The notes below the pieces were generated by a model, which saw only the letters and a list, made by a program, of their open reading frames with translations, made no database searches and had not been told where the DNA came from. A DNA stretch of 64,000 nt from Entomortierella parvispora E1425 (lineage: Eukaryota > Fungi > Mortierellomycota), in NCBI GenBank assembly GCA_020891255.1, contig BQFW01000002.1, positions 1,550,001 through 1,614,000 on the forward strand, given 5' to 3'. This document shows positions 46,584 through 56,684 of this stretch, piece after piece. The position numbers were made by a program, and so were the translations under genes. Every line of letters starts with the position of its first letter. Positions within the stretch are counted from its first letter, which is position 1.

Positions 46584-49045
46584 TTATGAGTGCTGTCTAG
46601 AATTGTGACCTTCCCCGCTGCACACTCCACACTTCGTTGATTTTTTTTTTGTCTCCATGCTACTCTTTATCCGAGAAGTCCTCGGTCTGCCCTTCGTCTT
46701 TGTATAGTGAGGATCCTTCATACCTTCTTCGCCTGCCCCCCTCACAATGACACGGTTTAGGCCATCTTTAACTGTTTCGAATACTTCTGGATTGGAGTTC
46801 ACGGTGTCCATGATATTCTTCATCAGGCCAGATATCTCTCCAATGCGGCGTTTTTTGGAAAGGTTGCGTTTATCAACCCCCGACAGGGATGGCACTGAGG
46901 GGAAAACCTTCATGATATCGCTCATGAAAGAAGAAGCAGGCTCTCCCTCTGCACTCCCCACCTGAGCGACCGTCTTCTGCGTTTTTGCGCTCAAAAACGC
47001 CCCTGAGAGATCAAGATCTGTTAGGTCCTGCAGTTCTTCTTTAAACCACCGCATCGGAATAAGCCTGACATGATACTTGCATCTGTCACTAACTTGCATC
47101 AGATGGAAATAGTGTCGACATACAAATCCGCTGTTTTGGAGGAGGAGGCAAGTACAAATGTACGAGCCATCAGCCAGTAAAAGTATGTGCTGAAGTGACT
47201 TTCGCTCCGTGTCCAAGCGGAACGTCACGTCGAAGATTTGTACAATTCGATCAGAACCAACGATTGTCTGGATGGACTGGAGAGAGCTCATTTCGCGATC
47301 GTCTTTTGACGATCTCTCAATCTAAGGACAAAGAGAAGAATAACGGCTTAGTACCTCTATCTGGTCTTAGGATTGCGCTTGGGTATTGGAATGATGTACA
47401 AGTACTTACTTCCTCGAAATCACCTCCTTCGATTGATCGTGGAGCACAGGCGTCTATACCTGTGTGTGGATTGGACTGATACAAAACAGAGCGCGACATC
47501 TCTAACTTCATCTGACTTTTTGCTGCGATGCCAAGATAGCGATTGTTTGCATCGATAACATCGGCAAACATTTGCTGAACAAACGTCGACGTTGCGGGAT
47601 CAACCGTTGTATCCGTCTTGTAGAGAATATACTTTGAAGTCTGGGCTTCATTTGATAGCTTCTTTTCAATTGCCTCGAACAGTGCTGGAAGGGACGTCTT
47701 GCCATTGACGGCCCTTTTGATGGCCGCATTCATACTCTCCACACGCTGAGTCGACTGTATTCCGGCGGTAAATCTTGTCCCAACCCAAGGCCAAGCCCAG
47801 TGCTCGCGCTTCTCGCTTATCCTTTTCAGGTAACCCTCAATCTTTGGCTTATCAACACCAAAGACCGCAACATGCTCTGACCATCTACGCTCAAAATCGG
47901 AGGCCGTAAGCGCGTTTCGGGTTGTCCAAAAAGCTGATATAAAATCATTCCAGTCTTTGCCTAGCGCTCCGTGGAGGTTTTTGTTCAGGTTTTGTCGCAG
48001 ATGCCAGATACAGTTCAAGACGGTGGTCTTGCTTATAGTTGTGGCACAAGCGGCCTCCATAGCGGGATCTTCGTCGACGAAAATGATATGAGGATATACG
48101 TTGTCGCTTGCCGCCAACAGTTGCTCTAGAATCCACTCATAGTCCTCCACTGATTCCCCAGAAACCAATGAACACCCTACCAAACGACTCTTTCCTGCAT
48201 TGTCGATAATGACTATAACATTAAGAGGCATGCCGAAACGGTTCGTCTTGTAAGTGTTATCGCTGATGACAACATCGCGGTAGCGTCGGTAGAGGTATCT
48301 TTGAGAAGGGCTCATCCAGAACATCCTTCTGAGCCGGCCATTTTCATCCAGATCGGTAGCAAAGAACCAGTCTTTATCGTTGCGCGTTTTATCCTGTAGA
48401 ATCTTGTGGAGCTCTGCAGCCTCGGAGCCACCGATGTGAGCACTGTTTTTTGCTTTCTGGATGGCATTTGCGACTGTCCGAAGATCGAACGCTTTGTCTG
48501 GCCATTCATGTTGAAGCATGTAAACAATAAACTTGGGATCACATTTGCCTGCATGGGTGGTAATAAGCTGGAGCATTTCGGCACTGAGTCGTTTATCACG
48601 CTGGTTGGACTCCAGGATGTCGCATTTCTTGAGTTCGTGGCAGTGGTCTGTGACAAGGGAAGTAATACGCCAACGTGGAAACAACTCCCTTGGAGACCGA
48701 ACAACGATTTGGCATGGGCAGCACTCGCGGCTGGAGGTGCAATTGCGGTGCTTATCTGGGTCAACATTCTTTTGCGGAACATGTTTTCCAGCCTTCTTGC
48801 AACCAAAAATTACTATTCATCGGCAAACCATACTTGTGTCAAAAAGAATTGATCCATAGAGAAAAAAAAAACAACCTGCAGATTTTAAGTACCTACCTCG
48901 GGGACTTTGGCCATTCATCCTCTTGAGTCTGGACTGCATCCTTCTCAGGAAAAATCCTTGCTTGCGAGCCCATGCGTGGAGTTTTTTCTTCTAGTTCTTC
49001 AAGAGTTTCATGCAACTGGCCGATATAAGGTGTCCACGGCAGGCT
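46584..49045 (-). CDS. MULE transposase (FAR1/WRKY-type Zn finger, DDE domain, SWIM, C-terminal Zn knuckle); apparent +1 frameshift near 48985
   Basis: HAWARKQGF...VIFGCKK...CCPC...DHCH, VISDNTYKTNRFGMPL, FVDEDPAM, CIWHLRQN, STQRVESMNAAIK, CTCLLLQNSGFVCRH, CGVCSGEGHN. Confidence 0.88.
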
Positions 49046-49080
49046 GTCACCCTCTTCAGCACTGTTGCCTGTGATGGCTA

Positions 49081-49232
49081 TGGCGGCAGCCGCTACCTCT
49101 GCCCTGGCCCCACATGAAGAGGGTCCGTCAGCTGCAAGAGCATCACTTGTAATGGTTACGGCGGCGGCCGCTGCCTCTGCCCTGGCCCCACATGAAGAGG
49201 GTCCGACATTTAAGAAAGCATCACTTGTAATG
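49081..49232. repeat. 78-bp (26-codon) tandem duplication between the Ulp1 and FAR1 regions
   Basis: CTCTGCCCTGGCCCCACATGAAGAGGGTCCG at 49097 and 49175. Confidence 0.85.
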
Positions 49233-50663
49233 GTCTCTCTAGAATAGCCGCATCGGCTACAGCTGTAGTGACCCCATCTTCGGTAGGTATCTCTTCATTG
49301 ACTGCGACTTTTACAATGGCGTTGTCTGTGATGATTGAGTCAGTTGTAACTATGTCCGGATCATTTGCCGACACAATATCGAGATCAGCCACCCTTGCCA
49401 CCCCTTGGCCTCGAGAAGCATGTGCTGCATGTTCGATCTAGATGAATTGAGTATTAATCTACGGTGGTCGGACAACGGGGGATTTGTGTCATACGTTACA
49501 AACAAGCAAAGATTCACCTTGTTGTAGCCGGTGGCCAGCTTCAAAAGCCTCAATCGATGATGTGCAGATCGTTCGTGAGTCCAGAGTTCTATTTCAGGAT
49601 TCATTCTCCTCTCGACAGCATTGATGGAGTTGACAGCGCACGATCCACTGCTAGCTGGTTGCCGTGGGACATCGAGATGCTCGATGTGGCTGCTCCAACG
49701 ATCTATATCAAGCCCACAGCATCTTATCCATTGTCGTATCGCTTGACAGGCCTCACGAGGTGTGGGATAAGAGAGGGAATCCCCAAATGAGATCTGACAT
49801 TTAACGAAATCGACCTCGATCGCACCCCAATGAGATGGCATATAAACAATCGAGAATGCCTTTTCAACTCGCCCGCTTCGGAGCTCGTCCCTTTTCCATT
49901 CCAGGTATAGATTCTTTCGCCAGTTGTTGAGTTGAGTAGGTGTGATCAAAAGGTATCGATTGCTTGCCCCATACGACTCGGCAAAGAGCTGCAACACCGT
50001 GCGCACGACCTCGTCATTAATGAAGCACTCCTTCATGAGACAAAACGCGTTTCCAATGGCCAATGGCGCCTCAGAAGTTGGCTGAAACTCCCAATGGATG
50101 ATGCCTGAGGTATTGGAAATTAGGTCGCGGATCCAATCGGCAAAGTTGCGATCCGAGACGGCATCGATCCAGTTAAACATCTCCATCGCTTGAATGATGA
50201 AAGTGTGCGTCTGCACCGCGCCGAGTAAGATTTTGACCGAGGCATGCGAGAAATCTCCAACGCCATGGATGCGAATGCCCCACGCCTTTTGAGACACTGA
50301 CGCACCAACTATAAATAAACATATTGTAACTGTGCTGGTCAGGAGTTTTGCCAATTGACACCTAAACGAAAAGAGCAGCCGATGTTTTCTCTTATTGAAC
50401 CTACGCAGCATTTCGTTGGCCTTCATAACAACATCTTGCGAAGGTAGCGTTTTGAGAATTGCAACTCTGGCTTCGAATATTCTCTCTTTGGGCGGTGGCA
50501 GCTCATATATGACCTCGACCTCGGTACAAGTTTTAGTAATCGGAAGGGGGATTTTCAGCAGTGCCTTGCCAGTTTGTAGCCTTTGCCAGTATTGGCTGTA
50601 CATCACTTTCGATTCTTTCGACGTCCCTGGGTCGTCCACAAGATGATTAACAGCTGACGACAT
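49210..50663 (-). CDS. Ulp1-like (C48) cysteine protease region within the MULE; possibly the N-terminus of a transposase fusion
   Basis: CFINDEVV, PSHWGAIEVD, FGDSL and QPASSGSCAV give a His-Asp-Cys triad with the oxyanion Gln (ORF 49350-50705). Spliced continuation reaches a stop at 49210 unless frameshifted. Confidence 0.8.
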
Positions 50664-50920
50664 CCTATTTTTTTTTTTAAATGCCAAAATAGACTGTATC
50701 AGCAAAACGCTCCAAAGAACTTCAGTAGGTACGAGACAGACAACAAACCCCGTACAGAGAAGTATGGCTCGGCTGAGGTTATAAGATTCTTGTGAATCTT
50801 CGTCGGTGCCTACTGCCGTAGCTTTATATCAGAAGTTCCAACGTTTCATTGTCTCCGCTTCGAGTAGAGTAACTCAAAACCCCGAACACTATTTGCAGTC
50901 TATGTGTATATACCATATAT

Positions 50921-52978
50921 GTACCATAGTCGGCCAAAAAAAAAAAAAGATCCATTTTGCCTTCTGTATGCATGCAATTGACAGGCATCCTCTAAGTCAT
51001 GGAGGGTGATAGTCCAGTGAGCTCTGACCTTGTCCGGTCCGGAAGACTGGAGCGGGTATCAGCTGTGTTTCTTTCCTCTTGTATTGATCTACCCCCGGTC
51101 AACCCTCGGTCAAATAAAAAAAAATCCTCTGCATGCAAGAGTAGACCATTCCTAATTGGGACTTCTGGCGACTCGCAAGGACTCGCAAGACGGTACGTGT
51201 ACCATGATCGGCCAAAAGAAAAAAAAAAGTGCATTTTGCCTTCTGTATGCATGCAATTGACAGACATCCCCTAGGTCATAGAGGGTGATAGTCCAGTGGG
51301 CTCTGACCTTGTCCGGTCCGGAAGACTGGAGCGGGTATCAGCTGTGTTTCTTTCCTCTTGTATTGATCTACCCCCGGTCAACCCTCGGTCAAATAAAAAA
51401 AAATCCTCTGCATGCAAGAGTAGACCATTCCTAATTGGGACTTCTGGCGACTCGCAAGGACTCGCAAGACGGTACGTGTACCATGATCGGCCAAAAGAAA
51501 AAAAAAAGTGCATTTTGCCTTCTGTATGCATGCAATTGACAGACATCCCCTAGGTCATAGAGGGTGATAGTCCAGTGGGCTCTGACCTTGTCCGGTCCGG
51601 AAGACTGGAGCGGGTATCAGCTGTGTTTCTTTCCTCTTGTATTGATCTACCCCCGGTCAACCCTCGGTCAAATAAAAAAAAAAAGCCTTTGCATGCAACA
51701 GTAGACCATTCCTAATTGGGACTTCTGGCGACTCGCAAGGACTCGCAAGACGGTATGTGTACCATGGTCGGCCAAAAGAAAAAAAAAAGTGCATTTTGCC
51801 TTCTGTATGCATGCAATTGACAGGCATCCTCTAAGTCATGGAGGGTGATAGTCCAGTGAGCTCTGACCTTGTCCGGTCCGGAAGACTGGAGCGGGTATCA
51901 GCCGTGTTTCTTTCCTCTGGTATTGATCTACCCCCGGTCAACCCTCAGTCAAAAAAAAAAAAAAAAAAACCTCTGCATGCAAGAGTAGACCATTCCTAAT
52001 TGGGACTTCTGGCGACTCGCAAGGACTCGCAAGACGGTATGTGTACCATGATCGGCCAAAAGAAAAAAAAAAGTGCATTTTGCCTTCTGTATGCATGCAA
52101 TTGGCAGACATCCCCTAGGTCATAGAGGATGATAGTCCAGTGAGCTCTGACCTTGTCCGGTCCGGAAGACTGGAGCGGGTATCAGCTGTGTTTCTTTCCT
52201 CTTGTATTGATCTACCCCCGGTCAACCCTCGGTCAAATAAAAAAAAATCCTCTGCATGCAAGAGTAGACCATTCCTAATTGGGACTTCTGGCGACTCGCA
52301 AGGACTCGCAAGACGGTACGTGTACCATGATCGGCCAAAAGAAAAAAAAAAGTGCATTTTGCCTTCTGTATGCATGCAATTGACAGACATCCCCTAGGTC
52401 ATAGAGGGTGACAGTCCAGTGGGCTCTGACCTTGTCCGGTCCGGAAGACTGGAGCGGGTATCAGCTGTGTTTTCTTTCCTCTTGTATTGATCTACCCCCG
52501 GTCAACCCTCGGTCAAATAAAAAAAAAAAATCCTTTGCATGCAACAGTAGACCATTCCTAATTGGGACTTCTGGCGACTCGCAAGGACTCGCAAGACGGT
52601 ACGTGTACCATGGTCGGCCAAAAGAAAAAAAAAGATACATTTTGCCTTCTGTATGCATGCAATTGACAGACATCCCCTCGGTCATAGAGGATGATAGTCC
52701 AGTGGGCTCTGACCTTGTCTGGATCAGAAGACTGGAGCGGGTATCAGCTGTGTTTCTTTCCTCTTGTATTGATCTACCCCCGGTCAACCCTCGGTCAAAT
52801 AAAAAAAAAGCCTTTGCATGCAACAGTAGACCATTCCTAATTGGGACTTCTGGCGACTCGCAAGGACTCGCAAGACGGTACGTGTACCATGGTCGGCCAA
52901 AAGAAAAAAAAGATACATTTTGCCCTCTGTATGCATGCCATTGACAGACATCCCCTAGGTCATAGAGGATGATGGTCC
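50921..52978. repeat. Tandem array of ~279-284-bp units, ~7.3 copies, inside the MULE
   Basis: Near-identical units with a 279-bp spacing between repeated ORFs (50992 vs 51271). Length differences are mostly confined to poly-A tracts. No unique spacers. Confidence 0.97.
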
Positions 52979-53130
52979 GACATGTTCTTCTGGTTCGAAA
53001 CAAAGGGACTGACTCGACTGACTCGTACATCCAGGCTTCTTGTGTCAGCAACTCCCACATGTATAAATATGTGTACTTGCGGCATCCAGTTCTGTATCTT
53101 GTCCTCCTCATCGTTCTCACCTCTTCCAAC

Positions 53131-53984
53131 ATGCCTCGTGGTGCTTGCACTTACGGCTATTGCGCGCTAGGTCTCCTCCCCCCTGCCGAACCCAAGACCA
53201 AAAATCAGAAGAACCATGTTGCAGGGTATCACGTCGACAACCCCATCAAGTTCATGTGCGGGTACACTGATCGACAAGTCACCTTTAGTCGAATTCCCAC
53301 AAAACACATGGATTTCGTCTGCTACTGTGGCCTGACGTTCACCCTTAACTCTTCGATCCATCGCCATTACCATTACTGTGCCGTTGCCAGGGACGCCGCC
53401 CTAAATGCAATCGCACATCCACCTCCTCCCTGGTGCAGGTGGTGCAGGCGATGGCAATGGCGTTATTGTTGCGCCGGCGCCTCCTTCAACGGCCCTGGTG
53501 GTAGCGGAGCGCAGCGTCGGGGAGCATTCTGGAGGAAAAGTTGATTGAGCAACATCAAGCCTTCCTGGAGACGTTCACAGGACAGAGCGCGAAGCTCGTC
53601 GAGAGCATGACCCAGTCTCAGTTGTCGTTTCTGAACACCTTCACCGCTTCGTATGCTGAACAAGCTGTGGCACATCAGCGCAGCATCGCTGAACATAACC
53701 GCTTGGCCTTAGAGGAGCAGCGCACGGCCCTCGAGGAGCAGCGAGCTGCCATTGAGATGCAGCGAGCAGCTGTTGAGGAACAGAGAGTGTTCTACAATCG
53801 CCATCAAAACAATCAAGCAGAGATAATGGCCGAGCAGAAGCTTACAAGGGACGAGGTTAGAAACCTCATGTCACTCAAGCGCGATCGATCTTTCACGTTG
53901 GAAGTCAGCGAGCGAGCACTCAAAGGCCTTCAGAGTGACCCATCTTACATGGTCAGCCCCTGCCAGGACGACGAGGACATGTGA
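53131..53984 (+). pseudogene. MULE cargo gene: C2H2-like Zn finger plus coiled coil, with two apparent frameshifts
   Basis: MPRGAC...FVCYCGLTFTLNSSIHRHYHYC in ORF 52969-53544. Gln/Glu-rich heptad region in ORF 53541-53984. The linker needs frame changes near 53415 and 53505. Confidence 0.5.
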
Positions 53985-54232
53985 AAGACAGATAGTGCGC
54001 AATCCCACGTCGACGAAGTGTAACAGGTTATGTTCGCAATTATTCAATAAAAATATTCTTGCGAAATATCTTCTGATGCTATGGCGGACGAGGTGGACTT
54101 TTTTTTTTTTTACATATTATTTGCTATGTCGAGACAGTGAAGCGAAGTGCGAGAACAAACTACTAACAATGAAGCCCGAATCCCCGCGCAACAAATGCCA
54201 CGACTCATCGCTGTTTAATAAAGAATAAAATG

Positions 54233-54889
54233 TTACAAAAGTGTCGATATATGAACCTGGCCACGCACACCAGCCAGTAAGCGCTGGTCTGCCAGCTTAA
54301 GGTCATCTTGGGCATCTGGGCAACGGCCTTGGTGGTGGCCGGAGTGAGGTTTACCGCATTGGCAGGTGTCTGGTGGTAAGATCGTAGCAAATGCATTGTT
54401 CCAAGGTTGGCCTCGCTGTGCTTGCTTCTTCATCTTGGAGCGGATGCCTTGAGTCTTCTCCCAGGCAATAGTAACCTCGCCGCGTGTCTTCCGGATACGT
54501 GCAAGAGTATCCCTATCCTGACGACGGATAAGTTGATGAGCAACTGCGACCACGACCGAGTGAGGGCCTTTAATAATTGGAGTCCAGGCCTTGATCGAAG
54601 CGCAGTGTAACACTCCTTGGTAGGCAGTGACGACCGACTGAGCCGATGCCAACGGGGCTGGTGCCAACGGGCTGGTGATCTGTCCCCTCACAGGAGGACA
54701 GGTCGTTGGCGAGTCATGGAAGGCAGAGTACAATGATGTCCACAAAGCCGTGTCCGATGGCTGGTACCATGGAGGCGGTTTCGGGCGGCAACTTCGGGTT
54801 TGCGGGCTTGTTGCGAACGAGGTGGAGCTCACTATCTGACAACCCAGGTTTCCATGCAATTTTCCAAAGTGTGACTGGTGGGTTGTCAA
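54233..54889 (-). CDS. Possible second MULE cargo ORF with a C-terminal Cys/His knuckle
   Basis: 218-aa ORF without a clear ATG start, containing CQCGKPHSGHHQGRC. It overlaps the right subterminal region. Confidence 0.35.
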   Translation of the reverse strand: MTTHQSHFGKLHGNLGCQIVSSTSFATSPQTRSCRPKPPPWYQPSDTALWTSLYSAFHDSPTTCPPVRGQITSPLAPAPLASAQSVVTAYQGVLHCASIKAWTPIIKGPHSVVVAVAHQLIRRQDRDTLARIRKTRGEVTIAWEKTQGIRSKMKKQAQRGQPWNNAFATILPPDTCQCGKPHSGHHQGRCPDAQDDLKLADQRLLAGVRGQVHISTLL

Positions 54890-54927
54890 ACAAAACGAAC
54901 AACCTGGGTTGTCAAATAGATAAATCC
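54835..54927. repeat. Right TIR and subterminal region of the MULE
   Basis: Reverse complement of the left TIR (...GGGTTGTCAAACAAAACGAACAACCTGGGTTGTCAAATAGATAAATCC), plus a direct-orientation TGACAACCCAGGTT at ~54837. Confidence 0.85.
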
Positions 54928-55050
54928 TTTTTTTGCCTTTGGGAGTGCATGGCTGCCGGGAAGGGTCAATGGTGATTTATTTCTCACCGAACCCTTTGAA
55001 AGGATACCAAATAGATCCTCTACAAAAAGAACTGGACTCTAGTAAAATGG

Positions 55051-56684
55051 CTACGTCTCTACCCCGTCGGCATCTCGAGCACAAAAATTAAGCCCTGTTC
55101 CGCGGCATTCACGAATCATTTGCTCAATGGAGAGTCTCTTCTCCTCTTTCTTACGACTCAACTCATCATTAGAGTCTTGAGCTTCTGGACTTTGTCGTGG
55201 GGACGAGTTCATAGATCTGCTTTTAAACCGGAATTGGAACAGCTCCTGTTGTCGCTCCTCAACCGTGGGCTCATGAGACTGGTAATGCGGCTGTTCATGG
55301 CCATATTGTTTCTGATGAAATTGCGACTGTGGGTGACGAACCTGTTGCTGTTGACGACTGGCCCAGCTGCCATTGCTGCCTCGAACGTAACTTGAGTTTT
55401 GCTGATGATGTTGTTGAGTGCCTCTCAAGTGCTCTAAGGCTGCAGGGCCCTTGGATCCAGAATTACGGCGATGCAGATTCAGTTGTCGCGCCTCTTGAGC
55501 TGCAGCAGCACGAATTGATTCTGTTAAAGTTGTCGACACATTGCGAACCATGCCGAAACGAGACATGCCGTTGTAATTGGAGGGAAGGCCACCTGCAGGC
55601 GAATCCATGTTCTCGGTATAAATTCGTAGTTGAGGCACACTCTGGAAAAGTTTCTGTTGCTGATTCTGACCAAAGTACTGACGCTCTTCGTCCGGGTCAT
55701 AATTAGAGCCGTACATGCCCGATCCATGGATGGAGCCTGTGGATCCGAGCCATTTGTTTACCTGACCGCGTGAGGTGGAGGCAGGTCCTGGAGAGTTGAT
55801 ACCGAATCCTGAAGGCACAGCCGAGTTGAAACTTTGCTCATACTCCCATTCTTCAGAGCCAAGGACCTCTCTCCGGTAACCACCCAAAAGTACATAAAAC
55901 ATCTTCGAACATCGCTTAATGTCATTCACAAGTGAAACGCCCCAGCCGAATGAATAGGCCTGATGCGGTGTATGTTGAAGAATGGTGGCGTGCTGGGTCG
56001 CAAAGATGTGAGGACCGAGGATGGACGCCAGCATATCTGGCTTGACTCGGTTAAAGCTAGAACGATTCAAAATCGCTAGCGATAGATTCAACAGTTCCAT
56101 CAACAGAGCCCTATTCACTGCAGGGAAACTTGAATGATTCAAGAGTGAGGTGACAGTGTTGATTTTGTTCGAGCCTTGGGTGCTCGAATTTGGTGTTGAC
56201 GCTCCAGACACATTTGAGAATCCGCCGTGGGCTAATATCCCCATGGAAAGAGAAATAACAATAAAAAAAAAATCGGTCAGTTTGCTTGACAGTTTACAAA
56301 AAAGATGTCTATCGCTTCTTGAATGCAAAGGGACTTACCTGATGTCAACTCCTCCTGTATCTCAATTGGTACAATCGCCTCACGCAAATTCTTGAGAACA
56401 GCCAACATGACGCCAGCCACCGTATCGATTCTTGTGCACTTCAATGAAAACAAGTCCCGTCGTTCTGGGTCGGCGAGAAGTGTAAGGATAGCTGCAACTA
56501 CGGATGGCGAATAGGGATTCTTAAGGATGAAAGGTCGATTGAGGCCACGCTCCATGATCTCGTCCACACAAGCGACAACAATCCTGTAAACAAACTCGAT
56601 CGGGAGCGAGCACTGGTTAAAGTCCTGCTTCATGCTCTCTAATTCGCGGTTGACGGCTAGCCGCTTATTTACGAGTCGAAACAT
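55051..56684 (-). CDS. RhoGAP-like domain protein with Gln/Ser-rich tail; may extend through a further exon to the MULE TSD
   Basis: IVVACVDEIMERGL, TVAGVMLAVLKNLREAIVP and NRALLMELLNL...NRVKPDMLASILGPHIF follow the RhoGAP helical pattern. Two ORFs joined by an intron. Confidence 0.7.

Larger units (their letters stand above)
46446..54927. mobile_element. Mutator-like element (MULE), 8482 bp, with TIRs and 9-bp TSD TTTTTTTGC
   Basis: TSD at 46437-46445 and 54928-54936. TIR GG(G/A)TTTATCTATTTGACAACCCAGGTTGTTCGTTTT at both ends. MULE transposase inside. Confidence 0.93.

Noticed and set aside
50921-52978. CRISPR-like array
   Set aside because: Units are near-identical over their full length with no unique spacers, there are no cas genes, and the context is eukaryotic.
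50992-53150. Repeated 85-229 aa ORFs on both strands of the array (MSVNCMHTEG..., ...RVSAVFLSSC...)
   Set aside because: They run through variable-length poly-A tracts and break in several units, so they are by-products of the repeat.
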